Shown piece by piece: positions 14,035-31,395 of a DNA stretch of 64,000 nt. A model generated the notes under the pieces. That model searched no databases, was not told the origin of the DNA, and saw only the letters and a program-made list of their open reading frames with translations. The first letter of the stretch is position 1, and each line of letters begins with the position of its first letter. Source of the stretch: Escherichia coli (GTDB taxonomy: Bacteria > Pseudomonadota > Gammaproteobacteria > Enterobacterales > Enterobacteriaceae). A program made the translations under genes and the position numbers. The DNA lies in assembly GCF_011045215.1 (NCBI RefSeq), contig NZ_CP049201.1; one strand, written 5' to 3'.

Positions 14035-14601
14035 ATGTCATTCACAAATACCCCTGAACGCTATGGTGTTATATCTGCGGCCTTCCATTGGCTAAGCGCA
14101 ATTATTGTCTACGGCATGTTTGCTTTAGGTCTGTGGATGGTCACGCTCAGTTATTACGATGGCTGGTATCACAAAGCACCCGAACTGCATAAAAGCATCG
14201 GTATTTTGTTAATGATGGGGCTGGTTATTCGCGTTCTGTGGCGTGTCATATCTCCACCGCCGGGTCCGCTGCCGAGTTATTCGCCCATGACTCGTCTTGC
14301 CGCAAAGGCTGGACATCTCGCATTGTACCTATTGCTGTTCGCCATCGGCATCAGCGGCTATCTGATCTCAACTGCCGATGGTAAACCGATCAGCGTTTTT
14401 GGCTGGTTTGACGTCCCCGCGACCCTTGCCGACGCTGGCGCACAGGCAGACTTTGCCGGTGCCCTGCATTTTTGGCTCGCGTGGAGCGTCGTAGTACTGT
14501 CCGTTATGCACGGATTTATGGCCCTGAAGCATCATTTCATCGATAAAGACGACACTCTGAAGCGCATGCTGGGAAAGTCGTCATCTGACTATGGAGTATA
14601 A
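14035..14601 (+). CDS. yceJ: Cytochrome b561 family protein YceJ
   Basis: 188 aa from the internal Met MSFTNTPERYGVISAAFHWLSAIIVYGMF. Four TM helices with conserved His residues. Confidence 0.9.
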   Translation: MSFTNTPERYGVISAAFHWLSAIIVYGMFALGLWMVTLSYYDGWYHKAPELHKSIGILLMMGLVIRVLWRVISPPPGPLPSYSPMTRLAAKAGHLALYLLLFAIGISGYLISTADGKPISVFGWFDVPATLADAGAQADFAGALHFWLAWSVVVLSVMHGFMALKHHFIDKDDTLKRMLGKSSSDYGV

Positions 14602-14604
14602 AAA

Positions 14605-15180
14605 ATGAAAAAAAGCCTGCTTGGTTTAACCTTCGCGTCCCTGATGTTCTCTGCCGGTTCAGCGGTTGCCGCCGATTACAAAATTGACAAAGAAGGTCAG
14701 CACGCCTTTGTTAATTTCCGCATCCAGCACCTTGGCTATAGCTGGTTATACGGCACCTTTAAAGATTTCGACGGTACTTTTACCTTTGACGAAAAAAATC
14801 CGGCTGCAGATAAAGTGAATGTGACAATTAACACCACCAGCGTCGATACTAATCACGCCGAACGCGATAAACATCTTCGCAGTGCAGATTTCCTCAATAC
14901 CGCAAAATATCCACAGGCAACATTCACCTCCACCAGCGTGAAGAAAGACGGTGACGAACTGGATATTACCGGCGATCTGACGCTGAATGGCGTAACCAAA
15001 CCCGTCACGCTGGAAGCGAAATTAATTGGTCAGGGCGACGACCCATGGGGTGGTAAACGTGCAGGCTTCGAGGCCGAAGGCAAAATTAAGCTCAAGGACT
15101 TCAATATCAAGACAGATTTAGGTCCAGCTTCTCAGGAAGTGGATCTGATTATTTCAGTGGAAGGCGTACAGCAGAAGTAA
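14605..15180 (+). CDS. yceI: Periplasmic polyisoprenoid-binding protein YceI
   Basis: 191 aa with signal peptide [22 protein letters not shown]. Follows yceJ after a 3-nt gap. Confidence 0.95.
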
Positions 15181-15190
15181 GAGTGAAATG

Positions 15191-15214
15191 TTGCCGGATG
15201 GCACGCATCCGGCA
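15191..15214. terminator. Bidirectional hairpin between convergent yceI and trhO
   Basis: TTGCCGGATG-gcac-GCATCCGGCAA stem. Confidence 0.6.
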
Positions 15215-15221
15215 ATGATAT

Positions 15222-16274
15222 TTATTCCGTTGGATCAGGAATGCCCAGTGTTGTATTCAGACGTCCACGAGACTTATTAAAGATCTTATTGCCATTTTCA
15301 CGTCCTGCCCGACGGCGTCGCTGTTCTTCTGGCGGTAACGCGCTTTCTTCGCAGCAAATCTCACTACAACAACCTTTGTATTTTTCCGCACATACTGGAC
15401 ACTGAATAAACAGCAGGTGGCAGCCATCATTTTTACAGTTGGTATGGCTGTCGCACGGCGCGCCGCACTGGTGGCAATGCGCGATAATCTCATCCGATAT
15501 ACGTTCGCCCATCCGCTCGTCAAAAACAAAATTTTTGCCAATAAAACGCACCGGCAAGCCCTGCTCGCGCGCCTTACGGGCGTATTCAATAATTCCGCCC
15601 TCGATATGCCAGACTTTGTTGAATCCGTTATGTTTCATCCAGGCACTGGCCTTTTCACAACGAATGCCGCCGGTGCAGTACATGACGATTTTTTTATCTT
15701 TATGTGCCTGCATCATCTCGACTGCTTTTGGCAGCTGCTCACGGAAGGTATCTGCCGGAATTTCGAGCGCGTTTTCAAAGTGCCCCACTTCATACTCATA
15801 GTGGTTACGCATGTCGATAAATAGTGCATCGGGATCGTCAAGCATGGCGTTCACTTCCGCCGCTTGCAGATACTCACCAACATTGCTGGCATCAAAGTGA
15901 GGATCGTCAATACCGTCGGCAACAATGCGATCGCGTACCTTCATGCGCAGTACCCAGAAAGATTTCCCGTCATCATCCAACGCGATATTCAGGCGTAAAC
16001 CCTCTAAAGCCGGGTCGAAGGCATAGAGCTGCGCGCGAAATGTTTCAACATTGCTCGCAGGTACGCTGATTTGCGCGTTAATGCCCTCATGCGCCAGATA
16101 CACTCGCCCAAAAACATTCAGCGCGGTAAACAGCTGATATAAAGCGTCACGGGTCGCCTTAGGATCGGCGATGTGGAAATACTTGTAAAACGAAATGGTG
16201 GTTCGCGGTTCGCTCTCAGCCAACATTTTGGCTTTTAGCGCGTCGTTGGAAATGCGGTTGTGTAACACTGGCAT
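15222..16274 (-). CDS. trhO: tRNA uridine(34) hydroxylase TrhO (YceA), rhodanese domain
   Basis: 350 aa from the internal Met [18 protein letters not shown], with the CTGGIRCEK rhodanese loop. Confidence 0.9.
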
Positions 16275-16498
16275 GGTGTACGGTTCCTGCGAGATGGGAA
16301 AGTAAAAATCCGCGGCATGATATAGCAATTATCGATAATTAACATCCACACATTTTACGCTACATTTGCGCATTAAAAATTATTTGTTATTTACAAGCGC
16401 GGCAATTTCGCCCAGTCTTCAGCCACAAATTTTGGTTGCGGGCGAAAAAATGCGACAATACATACAATTGCCCGAATAGGTTGAAAAACAGGATTGAT

Positions 16499-17419
16499 AT
16501 GACGAATCTACCCAAGTTCTCCACCGCACTGCTTCATCCGCGTTATTGGTTAACCTGGTTGGGTATTGGCGTACTTTGGTTAGTCGTGCAATTGCCCTAC
16601 CCGGTTATCTACCGCCTCGGTTGTGGATTAGGAAAACTGGCGTTACGTTTTATGAAACGACGCGCAAAAATTGTGCATCGCAACCTGGAACTGTGCTTCC
16701 CGGAAATGAGCGAACAAGAACGCCGTAAAATGGTGGTGAAGAATTTCGAATCCGTTGGCATGGGCCTGATGGAAACCGGCATGGCGTGGTTCTGGCCGGA
16801 CCGCCGAATCGCCCGCTGGACGGAAGTGATCGGCATGGAACACATTCGTGACGTGCAGGCGCAAAAACGCGGCATCCTGTTAGTTGGCATCCATTTTCTG
16901 ACACTGGAACTGGGCGCGCGGCAGTTTGGTATGCAGGAACCGGGGATTGGCGTTTACCGCCCGAACGATAATCCACTGATTGACTGGCTACAAACCTGGG
17001 GCCGTTTGCGCTCAAATAAATCGATGCTCGACCGCAAAGATTTAAAAGGCATGATTAAAGCCCTGAAAAAAGGCGAAGTGGTCTGGTACGCACCGGATCA
17101 TGATTACGGCCCGCGCTCAAGCGTTTTCGTCCCGTTATTTGCCGTTGAGCAGGCTGCGACCACGACCGGAACCTGGATGCTGGCACGGATGTCCGGCGCA
17201 TGTCTGGTGCCCTTCGTTCCACGCCGTAAGCCAGATGGCAAAGGGTATCAATTGATTATGCTGCCGCCAGAGTGTTCTCCGCCACTGGATGATGCCGAAA
17301 CTACCGCCGCGTGGATGAACAAAGTGGTCGAAAAATGCATCATGATGGCACCAGAGCAGTATATGTGGTTACACCGTCGCTTTAAAACACGCCCGGAAGG
17401 CGTTCCTTCACGCTATTAA
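16499..17419 (+). CDS. lpxL: Lipid A biosynthesis lauroyltransferase LpxL (HtrB)
   Basis: 306 aa from the internal Met [22 protein letters not shown]. Confidence 0.95.
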
Positions 17420-17427
17420 ATCTCCCC

Positions 17428-17456
17428 TGCCGGATGCTTCAGAATGGCATCCGGCA
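17428..17456 (+). terminator. Hairpin after lpxL (weak terminator)
   Basis: TGCCGGATGC ... GCATCCGGCA stem. The T-run is poor. Confidence 0.45.
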
Positions 17457-17590
17457 TTACCACAGCAAATCCCCCTGATTTAGCGATAAAAGCTCTCTGG
17501 ATTGCGCCCCCTGGAAGTCGGGCGCATAATTAGTGTGCTTATCTTTTCTTCTTATGTTCACCGCGCCTGGCGCACCAACAGCGGATTGCT

Positions 17591-18817
17591 ATGTCACCCT
17601 GTGAAAATGACACCCCTATAAACTGGAAACGAAACCTGATCGTCGCCTGGCTAGGCTGTTTTCTTACCGGTGCCGCCTTCAGTCTGGTAATGCCCTTCTT
17701 ACCCCTCTACGTTGAGCAGCTTGGCGTTACCGGTCACTCCGCCCTGAATATGTGGTCCGGTATTGTCTTCAGCATTACATTTTTATTTTCGGCCATCGCC
17801 TCACCGTTTTGGGGTGGACTCGCCGACCGTAAAGGCCGAAAACTCATGCTATTACGCTCTGCCCTCGGCATGGGCATCGTGATGGTGTTGATGGGACTGG
17901 CACAAAATATCTGGCAGTTTTTGATCCTACGGGCGCTTCTTGGGTTACTTGGCGGATTTGTCCCCAACGCTAATGCTCTTATCGCCACACAAGTACCGCG
18001 TAATAAAAGCGGCTGGGCGCTGGGTACGCTCTCCACAGGCGGCGTTAGTGGTGCGTTGCTCGGCCCAATGGCTGGCGGCCTGCTCGCCGATAGCTACGGC
18101 TTACGTCCGGTATTCTTTATTACCGCCAGTGTGCTCATACTCTGCTTTTTCGTCACCCTGTTCTGCATCAGAGAAAAATTCCAGCCGGTCAGCAAAAAAG
18201 AGATGCTGCACATGCGGGAAGTGGTGACATCACTTAAAAACCCGAAACTGGTACTCAGCCTGTTTGTCACCACGTTAATCATCCAGGTGGCGACAGGCTC
18301 AATTGCCCCCATTCTGACGCTGTATGTCCGCGAACTGGCGGGTAACGTCAGTAACGTCGCCTTTATCAGTGGCATGATCGCCTCGGTGCCAGGCGTGGCG
18401 GCTCTGCTAAGCGCACCACGACTCGGCAAACTTGGCGATCGAATCGGACCCGAAAAGATCCTGATTACAGCGCTGATCTTTTCTGTACTGCTGTTGATCC
18501 CAATGTCTTACGTTCAGACGCCATTGCAACTTGGGATTTTACGTTTTTTGCTCGGTGCCGCCGATGGTGCACTACTCCCCGCCGTACAGACACTGTTGGT
18601 TTACAACTCGAGCAACCAGATCGCCGGGCGTATCTTCAGCTATAACCAATCGTTTCGTGATATTGGCAACGTTACCGGACCATTGATGGGAGCAGCGATT
18701 TCAGCGAACTACGGTTTCAGAGCGGTATTTCTCGTCACCGCTGGCGTAGTGTTATTCAACGCAGTCTATTCATGGAACAGTCTACGTCGTCGTCGAATAC
18801 CCCAGGTATCGAACTGA
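17591..18817 (+). CDS. mdtG: MFS multidrug efflux transporter MdtG (YceE)
   Basis: 408 aa, [38 protein letters not shown]. Confidence 0.95.
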
Positions 18818-18899
18818 TTTTTCGCCTTTCATACTTGCAAAAGCGGAGAATCAGCTATCCTTTTCCCTGAAACCTCATCAACTCAAAGGGAGAATCGTG

Positions 18900-19274
18900 A
18901 TGACCATGTACGCAACGCTTGAAGAAGCCATTGACGCTGCACGCGAAGAATTTCTTGCAGACAACCCCGGCATCGACGCCGAAGATGCGAATGTGCAACA
19001 GTTCAATGCCCAAAAATACGTTTTGCAGGACGGCGACATCATGTGGCAAGTTGAGTTTTTTGCCGACGAAGGGGAAGAAGGTGAATGTTTACCTATGCTT
19101 AGCGGTGAAGCCGCGCAAAGTGTTTTTGATGGCGACTATGATGAGATAGAGATACGCCAGGAGTGGCAGGAAGAGAATACATTACATGAATGGGACGAGG
19201 GGGAATTTCAGCTTGAGCCACCGCTGGATACCGAGGAAGGACGCGCAGCAGCTGATGAGTGGGATGAACGTTAA
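18900..19274 (+). CDS. msyB: Acidic protein MsyB
   Basis: 124 aa, MTMYATLEEAIDAAREEFLADNPG. Extremely rich in D/E. Confidence 0.9.
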   Translation: MTMYATLEEAIDAAREEFLADNPGIDAEDANVQQFNAQKYVLQDGDIMWQVEFFADEGEEGECLPMLSGEAAQSVFDGDYDEIEIRQEWQEENTLHEWDEGEFQLEPPLDTEEGRAAADEWDER

Positions 19275-19502
19275 TCACTCATACGGGCCATGATGAATGT
19301 CGATCGGCAGCAGTAAAGTATCAAAAACCAGAGAGAATGGCAGATCAAGGATCGTGACATAACGCCAGGCGGAGTCACGCACATCCCATTGCACACCGGG
19401 ATAATATTGGTTGCCATGCCCCTGCCCCGGTATAGTGCGACTAATAATGCTGCCACAGCCACTCAGCAAGGTCACCATGATGCTCACCACAATTAAACGC
19501 AT
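19275..19502 (-). CDS. yceK: Lipoprotein YceK
   Basis: 75 aa, MRLIVVSIMVTLLSGC lipobox. Convergent with msyB. Confidence 0.85.
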   Translation of the reverse strand: MRLIVVSIMVTLLSGCGSIISRTIPGQGHGNQYYPGVQWDVRDSAWRYVTILDLPFSLVFDTLLLPIDIHHGPYE

Positions 19503-19518
19503 TTGATACCTCTTTCGT

Positions 19519-19550
19519 AAAAAAATACCGGCATAACGCCGGTATTTTTA
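19519..19550. terminator. Bidirectional rho-independent terminator (ends the opgGH transcript upstream of yceK)
   Basis: ATACCGGC-ataac-GCCGGTAT stem flanked by an A-run and a T-run. Confidence 0.7.
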
Positions 19551-19566
19551 TTGGCTCGTTGTTTTT

Positions 19567-19665
19567 GCCGGATGCGGCGTGAACGCCTTATCCGACCCAC
19601 AAAATCTTGCAAAATCAATAAATTGCAGGAACGATGTAGGCCTGATAAGCGTAGCGCATCAGGCA
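19567..19665. repeat. REP/BIME element (two inverted REP units)
   Basis: GCCGGATGCGGCGTGAACGCCTTATCCGAC and GTAGGCCTGATAAGCGTAGCGCATCAGGCA are canonical E. coli REP sequences. Confidence 0.75.
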
Positions 19666-19674
19666 ACTACGTTT

Positions 19675-23857
<4,183 letters not shown>

Positions 23858-24139
23858 TCAGCACGCTGGCTCATGGATTAAGCACCTGATTGCAACCGTT
23901 TTCACTTTCCGTGCTTCTCCTAAAGACAGAAGCATCGACTTCGTGTAGGGTTTGCCAGCAATTTTATTTATCAACCGTCTTACAGACGCTTCCATTCTGG
24001 TTAGTGGTAGCGATGATGCTATGCATAAAAACCTTGAAGCCTGCGCCTGGCGCGGTCAGGTCGGTGTCGCTATGGCAACAAGCCTAAAGGCATAACCCGA
24101 CAGGGATAAGACGAAAAATCCGAGATTAGTTAACCATAT

Positions 24140-25297
24140 ATGAATCCAGTACCCGCGCAACGTGAATATTTCCTCGACTCCATCCGCGCCTGGCTGATGT
24201 TGTTAGGGATCCCTTTTCATATTTCTTTAATCTATTCGAGCCATACATGGCATGTGAATAGCGCCGAACCGTCATTGTGGCTGACCCTTTTTAATGACTT
24301 CATCCACTCGTTCCGCATGCAGGTATTTTTCGTTATATCCGGCTACTTTTCCTACATGCTTTTTTTACGCTATCCCTTGAAAAAATGGTGGAAAGTACGT
24401 GTCGAACGTGTAGGTATCCCGATGTTAACAGCCATCCCCCTACTGACATTGCCGCAATTTATTATGCTGCAATACGTCAAAGGGAAAGCGGAAAGTTGGC
24501 CTGGGCTGTCATTGTATGACAAATATAATACGTTGGCCTGGGAATTAATATCACACCTGTGGTTTTTACTGGTGTTAGTAGTCATGACGACGCTGTGCGT
24601 ATGGATATTTAAACGCATCAGAAATAATTTAGAAAATTCTGATAAAACGAATAAAAAATTCTCGATGGTAAAACTATCGGTGATTTTTTTATGCCTCGGC
24701 ATCGGCTATGCGGTAATAAGAAGAACGATTTTTATTGTGTATCCGCCCATTCTGAGTAATGGCATGTTCAATTTTATTGTCATGCAAACGCTATTTTATT
24801 TGCCGTTCTTTATCCTCGGTGCACTGGCTTTCATTTTCCCTCATCTTAAAGCCTTGTTTACCACGCCGTCTCGTGGCTGTACCCTTGCAGCAGCATTGGC
24901 ATTTGTCGCTTATTTACTCAACCAGCGCTATGGCAGTGGCGATGCCTGGATGTACGAAACCGAGTCGGTGATCACCATGGTCCTCGGTCTGTGGATGGTG
25001 AATGTGGTCTTCTCCTTTGGCCACCGTTTGCTTAACTTCCAGTCAGCGCGGGTGACTTACTTTGTTAACGCATCGCTATTTATCTATCTGGTTCACCACC
25101 CGTTAACGCTGTTTTTCGGCGCATACATTACACCGCACATCACCTCCAACTGGCTTGGTTTTCTCTGTGGCCTGATATTCGTAGTAGGGATTGCGATAAT
25201 TCTGTATGAAATTCATTTACGCATCCCGTTACTGAAGTTTTTGTTTTCTGGTAAACCGGTTGTTAAGCGTGAGAACGATAAAGCACCAGCCCGTTAA
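24140..25297 (+). CDS. opgC: OPG succinyltransferase OpgC (MdoC)
   Basis: 385 aa acyltransferase-3 family membrane protein, [27 protein letters not shown]. Confidence 0.95.
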   Translation: MNPVPAQREYFLDSIRAWLMLLGIPFHISLIYSSHTWHVNSAEPSLWLTLFNDFIHSFRMQVFFVISGYFSYMLFLRYPLKKWWKVRVERVGIPMLTAIPLLTLPQFIMLQYVKGKAESWPGLSLYDKYNTLAWELISHLWFLLVLVVMTTLCVWIFKRIRNNLENSDKTNKKFSMVKLSVIFLCLGIGYAVIRRTIFIVYPPILSNGMFNFIVMQTLFYLPFFILGALAFIFPHLKALFTTPSRGCTLAAALAFVAYLLNQRYGSGDAWMYETESVITMVLGLWMVNVVFSFGHRLLNFQSARVTYFVNASLFIYLVHHPLTLFFGAYITPHITSNWLGFLCGLIFVVGIAIILYEIHLRIPLLKFLFSGKPVVKRENDKAPAR

Positions 25298-25304
25298 GCC
25301 ACAT

Positions 25305-26735
25305 TTACAATAACCATTCCACGGGCAATATCGACGCCAGTCTGACCATAACCCGCTTCCAGAAACTGGTGGCGGGTTCTTTTTTGAGAATAATCTCTTT
25401 CTTTGCATGACGATCAACCCAGTTGATCCGTCCCCACCTGTCCAGACGGAGCTGCCAGGCCGCATCATACTGGCTCTGAATAAAGCGTTTATCAATTAAC
25501 TGTGCCAGCGTTTCGCTCTCTATCACGAAGCCCATTTCAGTATTGAGCAATGTTGAACGCGGATCGAAATTGAAAGAGCCGATAAACACCGTTTTACCAT
25601 CGATGCTAAAGGTTTTAGCATGCAGGCTGGCTCCGGAATTACCGGTTATGCCGCGATCGTGTAACGTACTACTTTGTTCACGCGTCGGCTTGAGTTCATA
25701 TAATTCCACGCCATAGCGGAGCAATTTTTTGCGCCAGCGCGCGTATCCGGCATGGACGACAGCAACATCGTTAGCGGCAAGAGAATTGGTTAGGATCGCA
25801 ATCTTTACCCCTTTTCTCACCATCCGTAAGAGTTGCGCCACACCTGCGCGTGTCGGTACAAAATAGGAAGAGATAATATCGATGCGTTCACTGGGTGAGC
25901 CCATGATATCGAACAGGCGCTGCGGTAACAGTGAATGCCGTTTTGCCTTGCCCTCCCCTTTCGCCGGATCATCACTTAATAAACGTGTTTTCGCCCAGAT
26001 AAGCGGCAACGTTCCATCAACCAGATGATTTATAAACGGACTGGATTCCATTTTGCGTAAGTAACGATGCGTCATAGCATCGTTATGCCAGGAGGCGGGT
26101 AACTCGATGCGATCCGCCATTTCACCTTCCGGGACATCCAGCACTTGCTGTAAGGGTGAAACCGATTTGCAATACCAGTAGCGGGCGAAATCATCGGCAA
26201 CGTCCTCTACCACGGGCCCTATTGCCATAACATCTAAATCCGAAAAAAGTGGCTCTTCCCCTGCCCCAAAATAGGCATCACCAATATTTCGCCCCCCTAC
26301 CAGCGTCACCACGCCATCGACAGTGAAACTTTTATTGTGCATACGGCGATTGAGACGGGAAAAGTCGGTGATATAACCAAGCGGACGCAGCAAGCGAAAC
26401 GAGAAAGGATTAAAAAGCCGGACTTCAATGCGGGGATGGCTGTCAAGCAAGCGTAAAATGTCGTCAAGTCCGGGCGTATTGTTGTCGTCCAGCAACAAAC
26501 GGACGCGAACGCCACGCTTTGCTGCGGCTAACAGGGCGGAAAACAGTAACCGACCCGACATATCGTCCTGCCAGATGTAATACTGAACATCCAGCGTATG
26601 CTCTGCCATTTCGGCCAGACGATACCGGGCGGCAAACGCATCCAGACTTTTCTCCAGAGGGAAAAGACCACACTGACCGGGATGTTGCGAACACAGTGGC
26701 AGCACCGCGCTCGCCAGCCGGGGCAAATCATTCAT
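25305..26735 (-). CDS. clsC: Cardiolipin synthase C (YmdC), two HKD motifs
   Basis: PLD-family HxK motifs ([20 protein letters not shown]). ATG 26735 overlaps the ymdB 3' end. A TTG three codons downstream is an alternative start. The 565-aa extended ORF was rejected. Confidence 0.85.
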   Translation of the reverse strand: MNDLPRLASAVLPLCSQHPGQCGLFPLEKSLDAFAARYRLAEMAEHTLDVQYYIWQDDMSGRLLFSALLAAAKRGVRVRLLLDDNNTPGLDDILRLLDSHPRIEVRLFNPFSFRLLRPLGYITDFSRLNRRMHNKSFTVDGVVTLVGGRNIGDAYFGAGEEPLFSDLDVMAIGPVVEDVADDFARYWYCKSVSPLQQVLDVPEGEMADRIELPASWHNDAMTHRYLRKMESSPFINHLVDGTLPLIWAKTRLLSDDPAKGEGKAKRHSLLPQRLFDIMGSPSERIDIISSYFVPTRAGVAQLLRMVRKGVKIAILTNSLAANDVAVVHAGYARWRKKLLRYGVELYELKPTREQSSTLHDRGITGNSGASLHAKTFSIDGKTVFIGSFNFDPRSTLLNTEMGFVIESETLAQLIDKRFIQSQYDAAWQLRLDRWGRINWVDRHAKKEIILKKEPATSFWKRVMVRLASILPVEWLL

Positions 26736-27261
26736 CTCCTTGTTGGGTAAGGAGTCTTTCGTAGAGGTGGGCGTTTTCTTCATCATAACAGACAAAGTAT
26801 ACCTGTTCGGGTAAAGCGTGACGGGTAATAAATTCTGAAACGGTTTTAACTGCGATTTCAGCCGCTGCCGCACGAGGGTAACCATAAACCCCAGTACTGA
26901 TTGCAGGAAAAGCCACTGACGTATAGCTGTTTGCCGCCACCAGTCGTAGGCTATTGAGATAGGCATCCTGCAAAAGCTGGTCTTCGTTTTGTTCACCACC
27001 ACGCCAGACTGGCCCGACGGTGTGCACTACGGCTTTAGCGGGAAGAGCGCCTGCAAGCGTAATAACGGCATGCCCCGTAGGGCAATCGCCCTGCTGTTGC
27101 CTGACTTTTAAACAGGCATCCAGCAGGGCCGGACCCGCTGCGCGATGAATGGCCCCATCGACGCCGCCGCCTCCCATTAATGACGGATTAGCCGCATTCA
27201 CAATCACATCAACGGCCAGTTTGGTAATATCACCCTGCACAACATGAATACGCGTTTTCAT
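26728..27261 (-). CDS. ymdB: Macrodomain O-acetyl-ADP-ribose deacetylase YmdB
   Basis: 177 aa, [39 protein letters not shown] macro-domain signature. Confidence 0.95.
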   Translation of the reverse strand: MKTRIHVVQGDITKLAVDVIVNAANPSLMGGGGVDGAIHRAAGPALLDACLKVRQQQGDCPTGHAVITLAGALPAKAVVHTVGPVWRGGEQNEDQLLQDAYLNSLRLVAANSYTSVAFPAISTGVYGYPRAAAAEIAVKTVSEFITRHALPEQVYFVCYDEENAHLYERLLTQQGDE

Positions 27262-27355
27262 AACGCCTCCTTACACCTTCTTGTTTCTTAAGTGTACAGC
27301 AGGCTTTTTGGTTAAATCGCATTTTTCTGCTCAGCAACGTGCGTTGTTCAGAAAC

Positions 27356-28120
<765 letters not shown>

Positions 28121-28178
28121 ATTCTTCTCCCGAAAAAAAACAGGGCTTGCGCCCTGTTTCTGTAATACAAATGATGTA

Positions 28179-28634
28179 TTAGTACTGATGAGCGGTCGCG
28201 TTGTTACCAAAGCCAACCTGAGTCACGTTGACGGAGGAGTTAGATGCAGTCTGGTCAACTGCAGCACCGTTGCCACCACCGAACTGTTTAACCGTCATTT
28301 CAGAATTTTTGCCGTTCCACTGATCAAGAGTGGCGCTGTTACCGAAGCCACGTTGGGTCAGATCGATTGAGCTGTCATCTGAGCCCTGACCTACATCTGC
28401 ACCATTACCACCGCCATGCTGGGTAATAGTCAAGTCAGAGTTACGGGCATCAGTTTGCAGAGCAAGTGCAGAGTTACCGCCACCGTACTGGTAAATGTTC
28501 AGCTCTGAATTTGGGCCGCTATTATTACCGCCACCACCGTGGTTACCGCCGCCGCCGTACTGAGGAACAACACCTGCCAGAGCGCTACCGGAGAATACGA
28601 TTGCTGCAATTGCTGCTACTTTTAAAAGTTTCAT
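28179..28634 (-). CDS. csgA: Major curlin subunit CsgA
   Basis: 151 aa with five imperfect S-x5-Q-x-G-x-G-N-x-A-x3-Q amyloid repeats. Confidence 0.97.
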   Translation of the reverse strand: MKLLKVAAIAAIVFSGSALAGVVPQYGGGGNHGGGGNNSGPNSELNIYQYGGGNSALALQTDARNSDLTITQHGGGNGADVGQGSDDSSIDLTQRGFGNSATLDQWNGKNSEMTVKQFGGGNGAAVDQTASNSSVNVTQVGFGNNATAHQY

Positions 28635-28674
28635 GTAAAACCCCCATCGGATTGATTTAAAAGTCGAATGGAAA

Positions 28675-29130
28675 TTAACGTTGTGTCACGCGAATAGCCA
28701 TTTGCGACTGTCTCTGCACTACAATTGCCGTTTTTTGAGTACCATACTGTGTAATATTTGCTTTATTACCAGAACCTTTCTGGATAATCATCGCAGTATT
28801 ACCATAAGCACCTTGCGAAATACTGGCATCGTTGGCACTGCCCGCCTGATCAATATATGCAAGGTTATAATCTCCTGTCTGGTCAATCTTTGCCCGGTTG
28901 CTACTACCTTCTTGCGCAACAACCGCCAAAAGTTTTGAGCCTCCCTGCCGTAACTGAGCACTATTATTCGTCCCAGCTTGACCAATTATGGCTGCCTGAT
29001 TAAATGAAGACTTACTCAATTCATTTACCGCGAAGTTATATTCTGAATTAGCTAAATCATAACCTGCTGCGGCTGCAATCCCAGGCGCACCCAGTATTGT
29101 TAACATCATAAATAACAATTTGTTTTTCAT
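28675..29130 (-). CDS. csgB: Minor curlin / nucleator CsgB
   Basis: 151 aa from the internal Met MKNKLLFMMLTILGAPGIAAA. Curlin repeats present. Confidence 0.95.
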   Translation of the reverse strand: MKNKLLFMMLTILGAPGIAAAAGYDLANSEYNFAVNELSKSSFNQAAIIGQAGTNNSAQLRQGGSKLLAVVAQEGSSNRAKIDQTGDYNLAYIDQAGSANDASISQGAYGNTAMIIQKGSGNKANITQYGTQKTAIVVQRQSQMAIRVTQR

Positions 29131-29883
29131 GTTGTCACCCTGGACCTGGTCGTACATTTAAGAAATTAAATCATTTCAACTTGGTTGTTAACGCAACCTG
29201 TATTTTGTTAACGCTGCGTTACGATGGAAAGTATGTCTGCGGAAATATTTTTAATAACTCACCCGCGCGTTGTATTTTTCTTTTTTTGTTCATACCAAAG
29301 TATTAAAACCCACGTAAATACGCTGTTATCTACGCAAAAAATATTTTGTTTTCTTTTAAATCTCCGTTTTCCGCTATCAAAAATCACCAGACAGTCATTT
29401 TTCTTGCCCGTCGCTGATTGCTGCGATATGTCTTGCGCACAAGCCGTGACAAACCTCGTCTTTTTGCAGTAAAAAATTGTCCACGGAGGTGCGGAGAAAA
29501 AACAAGAACGTTTCACATGACGAAAGGACTACACCGAAATATTTTTTATATGTATTATTAGTAAGTTATCACCATTTGTATGATTTTTTAAAATTGTGCA
29601 ATAAAAACCAAATGTACAACTTTTCTATCATTTCTAAACTTAATAAAACCTTAAGATTAACATTTTAATATAACTAGTTACATTTAGTTACATGTTTAAC
29701 ACTTGATTTAAGATTTGTAATGGCTAGATTGAAATCAGATGTAATCCATTAGTTTTATATTTTACCCATTTAGGGCTGATTTATTACTACACACAGCAGT
29801 GCAACATCTGTCAGTACTTCTGGTGCTTCTATTTTAGAGGCAGCTGTCAGGTGTGCGATCAATAAAAAAAGCGGGGTTTCATC
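29131..29883. promoter_or_regulatory. csgBAC / csgDEFG divergent intergenic control region with the long csgD 5' UTR
   Basis: 753-bp AT-rich ORF-poor gap between divergent csgB and csgD. It is known as a multi-regulator hub (RpoS, OmrA/B and other sRNAs on the csgD leader, OmpR, CpxR, IHF, MlrA). I did not map individual sites. Confidence 0.8.
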
Positions 29884-30534
<651 letters not shown>

Positions 30535-30538
30535 AGCC

Positions 30539-30928
30539 ATGAAACGTTATTTACGCTGGATTGTGGCGGCAGAATTTCTGTTCGCCGCAGGGAATCTTCA
30601 CGCCGTTGAGGTAGAAGTCCCGGGATTGTTAACTGACCATACTGTTTCATCTATTGGCCATGATTTTTACCGAGCCTTTAGTGATAAATGGGAAAGTGAC
30701 TATACGGGTAACTTAACGATTAATGAAAGGCCCAGTGCACGATGGGGAAGCTGGATCACTATAACGGTCAATCAGGACGTTATTTTCCAGACTTTTTTAT
30801 TTCCGTTGAAAAGAGACTTCGAGAAAACTGTCGTCTTTGCAATGATTCAAACTGAAGAAGCACTAAATCGTCGCCAGATAAATCAGGCGTTATTAAGTAC
30901 GGGCGATTTGGCGCATGATGAATTCTAA
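30539..30928 (+). CDS. csgE: Curli secretion specificity factor CsgE
   Basis: 129 aa, [22 protein letters not shown] signal peptide. Confidence 0.95.
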   Translation: MKRYLRWIVAAEFLFAAGNLHAVEVEVPGLLTDHTVSSIGHDFYRAFSDKWESDYTGNLTINERPSARWGSWITITVNQDVIFQTFLFPLKRDFEKTVVFAMIQTEEALNRRQINQALLSTGDLAHDEF

Positions 30929-30952
30929 ATAAAAAATTGTTCGGAGGCTGCA

Positions 30953-31369
30953 ATGCGTGTCAAACATGCAGTAGTTCTACTCATGCTTATTTCGCCATTA
31001 AGTTGGGCTGGAACCATGACTTTCCAGTTCCGTAATCCAAACTTTGGTGGTAACCCAAATAATGGCGCTTTTTTATTAAATAGCGCTCAGGCCCAAAACT
31101 CTTATAAAGATCCGAGCTATAACGATGACTATGGTATTGAAACACCCTCAGCGTTAGATAACTTTACTCAGGCCATCCAGTCACAAATTTTGGGTGGGCT
31201 ACTGTCGAATATTAATACCGGCAAACCGGGCCGCATGGTGACCAACGATTATATTGTCGATATTGCCAACCGCGATGGTCAATTGCAGTTGAACGTGACA
31301 GATCGTAAAACCGGACAAACCTCGACTATCCAGGTTTCGGGTTTACAAAATAACTCAACCGATTTTTAA
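30953..31369 (+). CDS. csgF: Curli assembly protein CsgF
   Basis: 138 aa, [19 protein letters not shown] motif. Confidence 0.95.
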   Translation: MRVKHAVVLLMLISPLSWAGTMTFQFRNPNFGGNPNNGAFLLNSAQAQNSYKDPSYNDDYGIETPSALDNFTQAIQSQILGGLLSNINTGKPGRMVTNDYIVDIANRDGQLQLNVTDRKTGQTSTIQVSGLQNNSTDF

Positions 31370-31395
31370 GCCCCAGCTTCATAAGGAAAATAATC

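Noticed and set aside
25305-27002. 565-aa extended reading frame for clsC
   Set aside because: The upstream 89 codons overlap ymdB in another frame and add no PLD-family sequence. The operon-type overlap start at 26,735 (or the TTG three codons later) fits the known ymdB-clsC arrangement.
28179-29130. Internal tandem imperfect repeats in csgA and csgB
   Set aside because: These are the well-known curlin amyloid repeat units (S-x5-Q-x-G-x-G-N-x-A-x3-Q), not a novel repeat or CRISPR-like array.
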